A stretch of 47,098 nucleotides of DNA, filler included, from Candidatus Woesearchaeota archaeon (GCA_047603125.1; 2 parts of 2 records of this genome joined end to end with filler, not necessarily neighbours in it), one strand, 5' to 3'. Positions 9,480 through 18,794 are shown, counted from the first letter of the whole stretch. Program-made: numbers and translations. The notes: generated by a model not told the origin, from the sequence alone.

Positions 9480-10220
9480 TTGAGCGAGTCGTACAAAAAG
9501 TCCCTAATTTCTAAATTACACCAGATTCTGCCCAAAAGTGTGTATAAATTATCCGAGATTGAAGCCCACATTTTAAGCAAAAAGGAGTTTGAAACGTATG
9601 AAATCTATGTGTTTCGTCTCATATGCACATATTTGGAAGAATATAGTCACGAAACGAGCGAATTCATAAAAAAAATACGCAAAAAAATACCATCTCGCAT
9701 GTCCAGACCCGATTCCTATGTACCTTCAACTCAAGAAATCTTAGGGTGTCTTGAAAACATGCACATAGCGCAAAAATTAACGTATAAATTGGCATTATTT
9801 ACGGGTTTAAGGAAGTGCGAATGCAAATACCTTCTGGAGAATTATACGAGCTTAAAAGTCAAATTTACGCCCGATTTTTGCAAAATATATCTTCAGCTTT
9901 ATCGAGGTAATAAGAATAGCTTTATTACGTTCATTCCAACATACCTTCATGACGCTATTCTAGATGGCAAGCTCTGTTCAGTTGATGCTTTAGATAGTTT
10001 TCTTAAACGAAACCGGAAAATCCCTTTAAAGTATGCTCGTAAATGGTTTTACACCCAGTGCCTAAGTGTAGGCGTCCCTGAGAGTATAATAGACTATCTA
10101 CAAGGTCGTAACTCCCCTTCAATCGGTTCTCGCCACTATCTAGGAAAAGAGATGCTTGCAGAAAAGGAGTATAGGGAGAAGATATTGAACACAACTAAAC
10201 TTATAAATAATCTTACATAA
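9480..10220 (+). CDS. int: SSV1-type tyrosine integrase, C-terminal (catalytic) fragment
   Basis: FTGLR, KYAR (KxxR), QGR and HY match the R..KxxR..R..Y signature; the frame is open upstream to 9372, through the att repeat. Confidence 0.85.
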   Translation: MSESYKKSLISKLHQILPKSVYKLSEIEAHILSKKEFETYEIYVFRLICTYLEEYSHETSEFIKKIRKKIPSRMSRPDSYVPSTQEILGCLENMHIAQKLTYKLALFTGLRKCECKYLLENYTSLKVKFTPDFCKIYLQLYRGNKNSFITFIPTYLHDAILDGKLCSVDALDSFLKRNRKIPLKYARKWFYTQCLSVGVPESIIDYLQGRNSPSIGSRHYLGKEMLAEKEYREKILNTTKLINNLT

Positions 10221-10230
10221 AATAACTAAT

Positions 10231-11568
10231 ATGATTTCAGAAACTAAGTATAATGATAAATCAATAAAATCTATTATTAGTTTTGCAAAAAGAATGGAGA
10301 ATAAAACCATTAAAGAATTGACTGGTTTACAAAACATTTCCCATTTGAAGTCAGATACAAATAAAGGGCTCCTTGGAACAATCATAGAAGAATTCTATTT
10401 TAGATATAAACCAAACAATACAAATAAAGCGGATTTTGAAAAAGCAGGTTTAGAATTAAAGACAACTCCACTAAAAAAGACAAAGAAAGGGTCGAGAGCT
10501 AAAGAGAGATTAGTTTTTAGTATTATTGATTATATGTCTCTAATTTACGAAGATTGGGAGTCATGTTCATTTCTTGAAAAAAATAAGCTTATACTTTTAA
10601 TTTTTTATCTGTGGGAAAAAGATAAGGAAATTCTCGAATATATTATAAAATATGTTACACTTTGGAATGTTACTAGCCATGATTTTGAGATAATTAGACA
10701 AGATTGGGAAATAATTGTTAAAAAAGTTAAAAATGGTAAAGCTCATGAAATCTCAGAAGGAGATACTAAATATTTGGCTGCTTGTAGAAAAGGAGCAGGA
10801 GGAAACTCTGATTGGAGAAATCAGCCTAATTCCAGTATAAAAGCATTACAGAGAGCATTTAGTTTCAAGCCAAAATACATGAATGTAATCTTAGACATTC
10901 TTCAAGAAAAAGATGACTTTGATAGAGTGACAAAAACTACTGACTTGAAAAAGACATCTTTTGAAGAAGTTATATACTCTAAATTAAATAAATTTAAAGG
11001 ATTGTCTTTTGATGAAATTTGTATGAAACTTAATATTGGAAAGCCATCTGCTAAACATAAGGCTTATATTTTAACTGCAAAGATGCTTGGAGCAAAAAAA
11101 GGAAAAGTTGAAGAATTTGAGAAAGCAGATATTGAGGTTAAAACGATTACTTTAGAGAAAACTGGAAACTTAAAAGAAGCAATGTCATTTAAGAATTTCA
11201 AATATGTTGACATAATAGAAGAAGCAGACTGGGAAGATTCGCCTGTAAGAGAAATGTTTGAAAAGAAGTTCTTATTTGTTATTTTCAAAAAAGATAATTA
11301 TAATATACCTCGATTTGAAAGAGCAATGTTTTACAATCTTCCATACTCGGATCTGATGGAAGTGAAAAAGGTATGGGCTAAAGTAAAAACTAACACAAAA
11401 AATGGAATTTATACAAACATAAGCTCTCTAGAGAACCCTGTTGCTCACGTTAGAAATAAAGGTGCAGATAGTAAATCTATGTATCCAACACCCGATGGAA
11501 AAACAGCGAAAAAAAGATGTTTCTGGTTAAATAGAGAATATATTTATAAGGTTATTACAAATGAATAA
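10231..11568 (+). CDS. Sau3AI/MutH-family type II restriction endonuclease
   Basis: NKGLLG.IIEE, ADFEKAGLELKTTP, AKERL, ISEGDTKYLAAC.KG, RAFSFK; second MutH-like domain ending CFWLNREYI. Confidence 0.92.
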   Translation: MISETKYNDKSIKSIISFAKRMENKTIKELTGLQNISHLKSDTNKGLLGTIIEEFYFRYKPNNTNKADFEKAGLELKTTPLKKTKKGSRAKERLVFSIIDYMSLIYEDWESCSFLEKNKLILLIFYLWEKDKEILEYIIKYVTLWNVTSHDFEIIRQDWEIIVKKVKNGKAHEISEGDTKYLAACRKGAGGNSDWRNQPNSSIKALQRAFSFKPKYMNVILDILQEKDDFDRVTKTTDLKKTSFEEVIYSKLNKFKGLSFDEICMKLNIGKPSAKHKAYILTAKMLGAKKGKVEEFEKADIEVKTITLEKTGNLKEAMSFKNFKYVDIIEEADWEDSPVREMFEKKFLFVIFKKDNYNIPRFERAMFYNLPYSDLMEVKKVWAKVKTNTKNGIYTNISSLENPVAHVRNKGADSKSMYPTPDGKTAKKRCFWLNREYIYKVITNE

Positions 11569-12208
11569 TTCGAACTTTGAACACGATTTATCACAAGAGA
11601 AAGTAGTTGCTCAATTTTTAGATTTGCACTTTTATCCATTTCTTACTACTGATTTTTATAGATTTACAGAAAAAGATGCTCAACTTCAAGGAAAAGATGT
11701 TCTTTTTACATTGCAAAATCTTCATAAAATAGCTGTTGATGAAAAAGCTCAAACTACATATATTAATCAAAATTTACCGACTTTTGCTTTTGAGGTTTCA
11801 TTTTTTAGAAATAATCAAATTAGGATGGGCTGGCTTTTTGATACTTCAAAAGTAACTAATTTTTACTTTTTAATTTGGATAAAAGCTTCAAAAGAAAAGA
11901 ATATTCGAGTTGAAGATATTCAAGAACTAGATTGTCTTTTAATAGATAGAAAAGATATTCATATCTTTCTTGCAACGAAAAATATTACAGTCGAATCAAT
12001 AGAGGAAGATATTAAATATATTCTTAATAATAAGTTGACTGGAAAAATTAAATATAAGTCAGACGAAGAAGCATATTTTTATTTTACCGAGAGATTGACT
12101 GAGAAACCTATTAACATAGTAATCAAAAAATCAATTTTAAAGAAATTAGCATTTAGACATTTTACAATTACGAAAGAAAAAGTTTCAATTGTATCCAATG
12201 TTAATTAA
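11561..12208 (+). CDS. hypothetical protein, possible PD-(D/E)xK nuclease
   Basis: Q.QGKD...VDEKAQ...TFAFE spacing resembles a PD-(D/E)xK core; overlaps the REase stop. Confidence 0.6.
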   Translation: MNNSNFEHDLSQEKVVAQFLDLHFYPFLTTDFYRFTEKDAQLQGKDVLFTLQNLHKIAVDEKAQTTYINQNLPTFAFEVSFFRNNQIRMGWLFDTSKVTNFYFLIWIKASKEKNIRVEDIQELDCLLIDRKDIHIFLATKNITVESIEEDIKYILNNKLTGKIKYKSDEEAYFYFTERLTEKPINIVIKKSILKKLAFRHFTITKEKVSIVSNVN

Positions 12209-13436
12209 ACTTTCCTTTAATCTGATTAACTAACTCAGCCCCTATTTTCTCAATAACACCTATAACTAAAGCATTTCCCATTAAAAATGCCCGTCTAACA
12301 TCAGAACAACCTTCTGTATGATTATCTGGAAACATGTTTAATCTTTCTAGCTCAACCGGAGTTAATCTACGATATCGACCTGACTCCGTTTTTATCACAT
12401 GTTTAAACCGAGATGGTGATGACCCTCCTTCTCCTGTGACGATTGTTCGAGATGGAGCATCTAATTTATCAGGAAAAATCATGCTTCCTTCGGCGTAATG
12501 ATAATGGAAGTCTCTTTTTGCATTATATCTCTTTTCTTTTTTTGCACCCTTGAGAAATTCCCACTGTTTCCTTTCTCCGTTAATGAAAAAACTTTCAGGC
12601 ACTTCTTTTTCAGAAAGTAATACGTCTCCGAGAGTTATCTGTTTACCTTCATAATGAGGTTTCACTTTTGCAGTAATAAATCTACGATTTTTCATAATTC
12701 CTGCATTTTCAAACGGACTGTTTTTAAATCCTTTATTGAAATTATCTGAAATCGTTAACAAATCTCCTTCTATTTCAGAAGTAAATTCTTTTTCAGATTG
12801 ACTTATGGGGAATGCTCTAGCAAGAGTTCCTTTTTCTTTAAACCAGGAATCCAAACCAATCTTCGATATTTTCTTATAAATTACGGACTTATTTAGATAT
12901 GCCATGATGAAAACTCGTCTTCTTCTCTGAGGCATACCATATTCTGCCGCATTAATGATTCTCCATTCAACAACATAACCTAAATCTGATAAAGATGCTA
13001 GAATTATTGCAAAATCTCTTCCCCTTTGGGTCGAAGGAGACTTTAATAATCGGTCAACATTTTCTAATAACAAAAATTCAGGTCGATGACTTGATTTCTC
13101 AACAATTCGTTTAATCTCCCACCATAGAACTCCTTTTTTGCCTTGAATTCCTGACGATTGTCTTAATGTTTTTGCTACAGAATAATCCTGACACGGAAAT
13201 CCTCCAACTAATAAGTTGTGGTCTGGAACATCCTTAGCGTGTACTTTCGCTATATCTTCATTAGAATGTCCTTTCTCACCAAAACATTTTACGTAGATTT
13301 CTGATGCCACTTGAGCTCTAGTAGCAGGTTCCCATTGATTGCTCCAAACAATATTAAATTTAGGTGAGGCTCTCTCTAATCCAATTCGAAAACCTCCAAC
13401 TCCTGCAAAAAGTTCAGCGACCTTAATTTCTTCCAT
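12201..13436 (-). CDS. dcm: DNA (cytosine-5)-methyltransferase, M.Sau3AI-like
   Basis: Motifs I ELFAGVGG, IV GGFPCQDYS, VI ENV, VIII QRRRRVF, IX RRLTPVE, X MGNA; likely start ATG 13436. Confidence 0.95.
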   Translation of the reverse strand: MEEIKVAELFAGVGGFRIGLERASPKFNIVWSNQWEPATRAQVASEIYVKCFGEKGHSNEDIAKVHAKDVPDHNLLVGGFPCQDYSVAKTLRQSSGIQGKKGVLWWEIKRIVEKSSHRPEFLLLENVDRLLKSPSTQRGRDFAIILASLSDLGYVVEWRIINAAEYGMPQRRRRVFIMAYLNKSVIYKKISKIGLDSWFKEKGTLARAFPISQSEKEFTSEIEGDLLTISDNFNKGFKNSPFENAGIMKNRRFITAKVKPHYEGKQITLGDVLLSEKEVPESFFINGERKQWEFLKGAKKEKRYNAKRDFHYHYAEGSMIFPDKLDAPSRTIVTGEGGSSPSRFKHVIKTESGRYRRLTPVELERLNMFPDNHTEGCSDVRRAFLMGNALVIGVIEKIGAELVNQIKGKFN

Positions 13437-13548
13437 ACTGTCTAACAAAAATAGAGAGTTTATAAATTTTTTGATCGCATTTTTGAAAAATTGAACTAGT
13501 TGTAAGCCAACAAATATATATTTAAACCTTAACTCTTTTTATAAAAAT

Positions 13549-13857
13549 ATGCCCAAAAAAATTGTTGTAGTAAACACTACACCTCAAGACATTGTTATTG
13601 GTAAAATTATAAAATTTACTTTGAAGTATTTATTACTACCTTTTATACTAAGTTTGATTTTTGGAGCTTTTTTAAATTCAACAGCAGCCTTCATAACATT
13701 ATTTGTGGTGTTTACGATATTTTGTGCTATTCTAATAGAGAATTATTCAAATTCTAGAAGCAAAAGAAATTTTCACAGAAGAAGAAAGCAATTTCATAAA
13801 AATAAGCCTGACGCCTTCAGAAACCGAAGAAAATTTCAAAGGAAAAGAAGATTTTGA
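13549..13857 (+). CDS. small 2-TM protein with a basic C-terminal tail
   Basis: Two hydrophobic segments and an R/K-rich tail; TATA-like sequence upstream. Confidence 0.65.
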   Translation: MPKKIVVVNTTPQDIVIGKIIKFTLKYLLLPFILSLIFGAFLNSTAAFITLFVVFTIFCAILIENYSNSRSKRNFHRRRKQFHKNKPDAFRNRRKFQRKRRF

Positions 13858-13901
13858 AGATTCCATCATTCTAATTCTTAATGTAAGCCTCTGTTAAAAT
13901 T

Positions 13902-14747
13902 CTACTCTTTGTTCACTATTCCTTCTAACATAGCACCCCATAAATCAGGGTCATCAACTGTAAAAAAATAAGGTCTTTGGCGATTATCAACATATATTCT
14001 AAACCCGTCAGAGAATAAAATGGTGTCCAGTACTTTATTCATATCAATCTTAATTGTTCTATGTGCACTCAAAAAGTAAATTTTTTTAGCAGTAAGTCTA
14101 AGTGTTCCTTCATCAATGAATCTCATCTCTTGATGTGACTCTGCCTGCCCTAAATGAAATCGAACACCTTTTGCAACTCTCACAGATGAACCTCCGTATT
14201 GACGAACTGCTCTTGGCTCATGTAATTCAGATTCTTCCGACCAAATTAAAGCTTCCTTATTTCTTGCAGAAGAATTTTTTTCTTTAAATTGAGGAAGTTT
14301 ACCTTTTCTAATAGAATCTAGAGTATTCTCCCTTAGCGTTTGTCCTGTAAGATAAATAGTATTCCATTGATAGATATCAAATACTTGCCTCGAATATTTG
14401 AAACTCTTAAACTCAGATATTGTTTTTTTTGTGATTAATTCGTATTTTTGCGCATCTCTCTTCACAAATTCACTATTACAATTATCACATAAAGCAGCTG
14501 TTTCGATTTTTTTGATACTTCCTTTTTTACAAACAGGACATCCTATGAAATCTTTATTTTTTGCTTTCACAGAATAATCAAAATAAGACGAAATTTCAAA
14601 ATTCTCCAACTTAGGTCTTTTTACAATAAAGCCTACAACACTCCCAATTATAAACACTATTCCTAATGGCGGGAAAAGAATTACGAAGAAAAGACCTAAT
14701 ATCAGAAGATACCAACGAGTATAAGCAAGAAATTCTTTTATGGTCAT
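13902..14747 (-). CDS. membrane protein with a zinc ribbon and a PH-like C-terminal domain
   Basis: N-terminal TM hairpin, CPVC...CDNC, GGSSVRVAKGVRFHLG...DEGTLRLT.KKIYF. Confidence 0.7.
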   Translation of the reverse strand: MTIKEFLAYTRWYLLILGLFFVILFPPLGIVFIIGSVVGFIVKRPKLENFEISSYFDYSVKAKNKDFIGCPVCKKGSIKKIETAALCDNCNSEFVKRDAQKYELITKKTISEFKSFKYSRQVFDIYQWNTIYLTGQTLRENTLDSIRKGKLPQFKEKNSSARNKEALIWSEESELHEPRAVRQYGGSSVRVAKGVRFHLGQAESHQEMRFIDEGTLRLTAKKIYFLSAHRTIKIDMNKVLDTILFSDGFRIYVDNRQRPYFFTVDDPDLWGAMLEGIVNKE

Positions 14748-14855
14748 TAACCTAGTTTACATGTTTTTACTTATATATTTTGCTGAAAAGTATTATTTAA
14801 AATAAAGCACATGGTATTTAATGATTAGATAATTGAGTAAAAATTTTGTTATCTA

Positions 14856-16241
14856 TCAATTACTAACCTTTTTCCGAAGCATTTCATTATCCCAAAGTTC
14901 AACTTGATTGCTCTTTGCAAGTTCCTTCGCACTTTTCGTAAAGGTAGATGTTGTCACAACAATAGCCTTTTCGCATTTATAGTGCCTTTTTGAAGCTACA
15001 ACTTCTTGAATTGCTTTATTTGTAACCGGTTTTGTGTATTTTTTAGCCTGTACAACTGTTCGTTCTTTAAATTTCTCAATAACTAAATCAGCTCCTTGGT
15101 CTCCACTTAACTTTGTCCTTTTTACTTTATAACCTAACGAAACAAATAATCTTTCAAGATACTCCTCGAATTCTCCCCCATTTAAATTCTCATAATCAGC
15201 CACCATATACTCATCCTTCATCAAACGTTTCTCATAGTTCTTTACTTCAAGTTTCTCTTTTATATCCAAAATAGTATGTTTTAAGTTATCAACCTGTTTT
15301 AAGAGTCCTCGAGAAAAAAGTTCTAAAGATATTACTGGTAAGTAATTTTGATAATTGTCTCCGTAAAATTCTAGAAATGTTTCGACTACTTGGTTAAGTG
15401 TTATATTTTTTGATTTAGGAAGCTTAGATTTAAACTTATCCAATTCGGATTTTACCTTTACATTATATAAAATAGCGTTCAATTCTGTATAAATTATCGG
15501 AATATCATTATTATCTAGGACAGTTTCTAGCATATCTATGTCTTCGTTAGTGTCATCCAAAAAATTCACATGATTGTTTCTTTTGACAAAATTTTCAAGC
15601 AATTTCACTTTATTTTTTTTGATTATTAAATCAGCGTTTTCTTCAATCTCCAGTTCAAAAGATTCATTCAATTTTTCTAGCACGAAATCATAATTGTAAT
15701 CCTGCTCCTCAGATTCAATATCATCATCCGAATCAGGTAATAATTCTAATTGCAAATCCAAATACATTTTTAGATGCTTTTTCAATATTTTTTCATTATC
15801 GGAATAATGTTTAATAAACCAATTCCCTGAATTGAAACCTATCCCTTTTTTTTGAAAATATTTAAAATAAAACTCCCGGAACTCAATAAAATCTCCAGAC
15901 GAATATTCAAATGAGTTACCCTCTAAATTTTCTTCCAGAATAATATTCCGAGACTCATCATCCTCGCGGTTAATTCTCAAATAATCAGAACTATTTCTTA
16001 CATAGCTCTTAGATTGTATGAACATATTACTAAGGTCTTTGTAAAAAATAATAAATATGCAAACAAATAGATATAACTGCCAGTATTCATATGTGAAGAT
16101 TAATACCGCTTCAGGAGGATTGAGACCGATTCCTAAAATTATTAAAGCAAGAAAAAAACCAAATAGCGGATAAAAAATAAATATTGCTAATAATATAAGA
16201 AAAGATTTAGCCCTATACTTCCGAAGATCTTCTATATCCAT
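14856..16241 (-). CDS. membrane-anchored Mrr-family restriction endonuclease
   Basis: C-terminal Mrr_cat: GGEFEEYL..LF..LGY, GDQGADL, VQAKKY, TTSTFT..A, VELWD; two N-terminal TM segments; start at ATG 16241. Confidence 0.88.
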   Translation of the reverse strand: MDIEDLRKYRAKSFLILLAIFIFYPLFGFFLALIILGIGLNPPEAVLIFTYEYWQLYLFVCIFIIFYKDLSNMFIQSKSYVRNSSDYLRINREDDESRNIILEENLEGNSFEYSSGDFIEFREFYFKYFQKKGIGFNSGNWFIKHYSDNEKILKKHLKMYLDLQLELLPDSDDDIESEEQDYNYDFVLEKLNESFELEIEENADLIIKKNKVKLLENFVKRNNHVNFLDDTNEDIDMLETVLDNNDIPIIYTELNAILYNVKVKSELDKFKSKLPKSKNITLNQVVETFLEFYGDNYQNYLPVISLELFSRGLLKQVDNLKHTILDIKEKLEVKNYEKRLMKDEYMVADYENLNGGEFEEYLERLFVSLGYKVKRTKLSGDQGADLVIEKFKERTVVQAKKYTKPVTNKAIQEVVASKRHYKCEKAIVVTTSTFTKSAKELAKSNQVELWDNEMLRKKVSN

Positions 16242-16242
16242 T

Positions 16243-17214
16243 TTACCCCATACAACAAACTTGACCGGAAGGACAGTCCAACTGACCCACATCCATATAT
16301 TCTCCACAAGATGCTGTACATCTAAATGGCGCATTACACTGATTCATCAAATCTTCCCATTGCTGTTGACTTTGTGTCATTGCATCATCCCAAATAGATT
16401 CAATTTCTTCTTTTTGAGTTGTATCAGCTTCTTTATAGTAAATATTGTCCAAGCTCACACTAATTCTTGTTCTGGATAACCAATCTCCACTGATTTCTAG
16501 AGATAAATCTTCAGAACTAAGAGGAAGTTCAAAAACTATAGCCCCAGTTGTTGATAAGCCTGGTTGTAATTGTCTTCCAAATTCTAGTGCATCCGAAATA
16601 TACATAATGTCATCAGATAAACGGTCATATTCTCTTCCAAGACTGTCTTTTATTCTAAATCTTGGTGTAAACATTTGCTTTGTCTCCATAGCGTCGTTTG
16701 TTATTCGCATAGTGACTTTGATGAATTGACCTTCTGTTTCTTTTGTTAAGAAACTAGAGCCCATTCGTTGAAATGACTCCACGTTAGTTATTCGATAAGT
16801 CAGATAGTCAACTTTAATGTCTTCATTCATAGAATACACAAGATTTTGTGGTTGCGTAGGAGTTGTCTCAGTTCTAACAACTTCCGGAGCAACATCATTG
16901 ACTGCAGCTTGTCTTTCATGTTCAATAGAGTCAAGTGTTGCAGAACCTACTGCTCCTAAAAATACAAAAAAGATAATGACAAATATCTGAAATATTAAAG
17001 GTATACATGCCAATATTAAACCAGCTATTGCTAAACCCTTTCCCGAATAACCGTTTTTTGTTTGATTCAAACCGAGTATCCCGAATAAAATTGCTAGACC
17101 AATAAATAACCAACCAAAAAATGGAATCCAACCAATCGTTATAGAAAGTATCCCCATAATTAAAGCAGTTATTGCCAGTCCTGATGTTCCTTTATCAATA
17201 TGTTTTGCAACCAT
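16243..17214 (-). CDS. DUF4190 plus DUF4352-like membrane/surface protein with a Cys-rich tail
   Basis: GLAITALIMGILS...GKGLAIAG (DUF4190-like); F.IKDS.GREY, LQPG....GAIVFELP (DUF4352-like); terminal 6-Cys motif. Confidence 0.8.
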   Translation of the reverse strand: MVAKHIDKGTSGLAITALIMGILSITIGWIPFFGWLFIGLAILFGILGLNQTKNGYSGKGLAIAGLILACIPLIFQIFVIIFFVFLGAVGSATLDSIEHERQAAVNDVAPEVVRTETTPTQPQNLVYSMNEDIKVDYLTYRITNVESFQRMGSSFLTKETEGQFIKVTMRITNDAMETKQMFTPRFRIKDSLGREYDRLSDDIMYISDALEFGRQLQPGLSTTGAIVFELPLSSEDLSLEISGDWLSRTRISVSLDNIYYKEADTTQKEEIESIWDDAMTQSQQQWEDLMNQCNAPFRCTASCGEYMDVGQLDCPSGQVCCMG

Positions 17215-17449
17215 ACTTTTCACTACCAATATGTAGAATTACATATTTAAAAACTATTTAAATGTTTCTAGGAGATTAACTCCTACAGGAAAAAATAATT
17301 AGTTCTGAAATTTTATTTTGAATTCGGGACAAATATTGTCAGAACCTACACCCTCAGTACCAAACAATTGCCTTGTCTTTTCAAACTCATAGTTTTACAC
17401 AATTCATTATATTCACCATTTGCAATTGACGCACTAATGAAGTTATTTT

Positions 17450-18283
17450 TTACTTAGAACGATACGTATGCGCAAGAAGATGATAAGTCGCTTGAGCTGC
17501 ATCCATATCTTCTGAAAGATTCACCCACTGATTGGCTAAATCATTAAATTCTTGACCTAAACCATGCGCTCGTTTAACCGTAGTAAACAGATCATACAAT
17601 TTCTGTCCAACCACACGTTTATTCTCACCAATGTTTCGATGATCTGCGATTGCAACGCTAACCCTATTCTCTAAATTTGCTATCGCTTCTTGTTCTGAAA
17701 TATCTTTTTTCCGATAAGGCAAAGATGCTTGAATTTTCTCAATATCTCCTGGAAGCGAATCCGTATTAAACGGCTTTGAATGTACTGCTTTATAGAGAAA
17801 CAACGTTGCTTGTGGAGAATATGACCCAGGTAAGCGAATAATAGGAATTGGATTTTTGCTATTTATATAATTGTGATTTTCGAATGAAAGAACGAGATCT
17901 TCTGTTTTTGCTTGCAATTTAGGAATATCTTTAATCGCACTTTGTGCCAAAGAAATTTCCGTTTGTGCTTTTGAAGAGATATCACCACGATATACGGCTT
18001 CAATACCTCGAGTTAATCTTCGAAGAGCAAGCACATAATCACTTTGAGAATCAATTACTGTGATATGATCTGGATCTTGACAGTCTTGCGATATATCAAA
18101 TTGTCTTGCAATAGGAAAACGAGTAAAATGTGGCTGAAAACCTTCAGGTTGATATTGAGCAATTTCTTCTACAATGCGAGATTTTCCAACACCAGGAAGT
18201 CCAACTATCAATTGCCTTGGTTTTTGTTCAATAAAAGAACGTAAACCTTTTTCAAAGTCTTTTTCGAGTATGAAATTCGTCAT
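17450..18283 (-). CDS. hypothetical protein with an N-terminal Walker A-like motif
   Basis: LIVGLPGVGKS; 277-aa ORF with a TATA-like box upstream. Confidence 0.65.
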   Translation of the reverse strand: MTNFILEKDFEKGLRSFIEQKPRQLIVGLPGVGKSRIVEEIAQYQPEGFQPHFTRFPIARQFDISQDCQDPDHITVIDSQSDYVLALRRLTRGIEAVYRGDISSKAQTEISLAQSAIKDIPKLQAKTEDLVLSFENHNYINSKNPIPIIRLPGSYSPQATLFLYKAVHSKPFNTDSLPGDIEKIQASLPYRKKDISEQEAIANLENRVSVAIADHRNIGENKRVVGQKLYDLFTTVKRAHGLGQEFNDLANQWVNLSEDMDAAQATYHLLAHTYRSK

Positions 18284-18432
18284 AAAAGAGTGACACTAAC
18301 TGTTTATTTAAAAAGTTATTCCTTTTATTTATAAACCTCCCCTTTATTTCCTATGGAAGTATCTTAGTATAGTTTTTTGTATATTTATGCGAACACAAGA
18401 TTTTTAAAGGAACTGAAAAGACCAATTTGTAT

Positions 18433-18553
18433 GCCGAGGTCGCATAGCCTGGTATTGCGCAGGATTGCTAAGTGCTGTTTGTGCTTATGAAACCGACAAT
18501 ATCGCAATTATCCTGTCCCTTTGGGATCGTGGGTTCAAATCCCGCCCTCGGCG
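18433..18553 (+). tRNA. tRNA-Ser(GCT) with a 39-nt intron at 37/38 (18471-18509)
   Basis: Acceptor GCCGAGG/CCTCGGC plus G73, anticodon stem CAGGA/TCCTG, GCT at 18467-18469, variable arm TCCC-TTT-GGGA, T-loop GGTTCAAATCC, BHB central helix TTGC/GCAA. Confidence 0.95.
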
Positions 18554-18741
18554 TTTCTTGACGTGTATGTAAACTCCAGCATCGTCGAAAGATTTTCGGA
18601 AAAATTGGCTCTGACGATGCCAAAAAAACGTCCAAGAAAAGGGACGCCACGGGTGGGTTTCTATCGATTAGACCATACGTGTCAGCATCGTCAGAAATCT
18701 CATGTTTTTTTTGTCCCACAACCTTTTTGGAAACCCATAGG

Positions 18742-18787
18742 AGTTAACGTTACAAATAACTAATTTTATAAATACGTAACGTTAACT
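18742..18787. promoter_or_regulatory. 12-bp perfect inverted repeat flanking the TATA box of the Fic gene
   Basis: AGTTAACGTTAC (18742-18753) and GTAACGTTAACT (18776-18787) around TTTATAAATA. Confidence 0.65.
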
Positions 18788-18794
18788 ACTAATT

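Larger units (their letters stand above)
9334..17300. mobile_element. integrated element or defence island at tRNA-iMet (right boundary approximate)
   Basis: tRNA, att repeat and integrase followed by R-M, Mrr-like and DUF4352-like genes in visibly more AT-rich sequence; no distal att copy found. Confidence 0.65.

Noticed and set aside
9250..9580. Short ORFs 9250-9447, 9254-9436 and 9383-9580
   Set aside because: They overlap tRNA-iMet, the att repeat or the integrase antisense strand; shadow ORFs
10231..13436. Claim that the R-M system recognises GATC and that GATC is avoided
   Set aside because: Specificity is only inferred from family resemblance; GATC sites occur across the window and I cannot compute depletion reliably
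18468..18763. ORFs 18468-18719 and 18521-18763
   Set aside because: They overlap tRNA-Ser and the GC-richer hairpin region; no protein features
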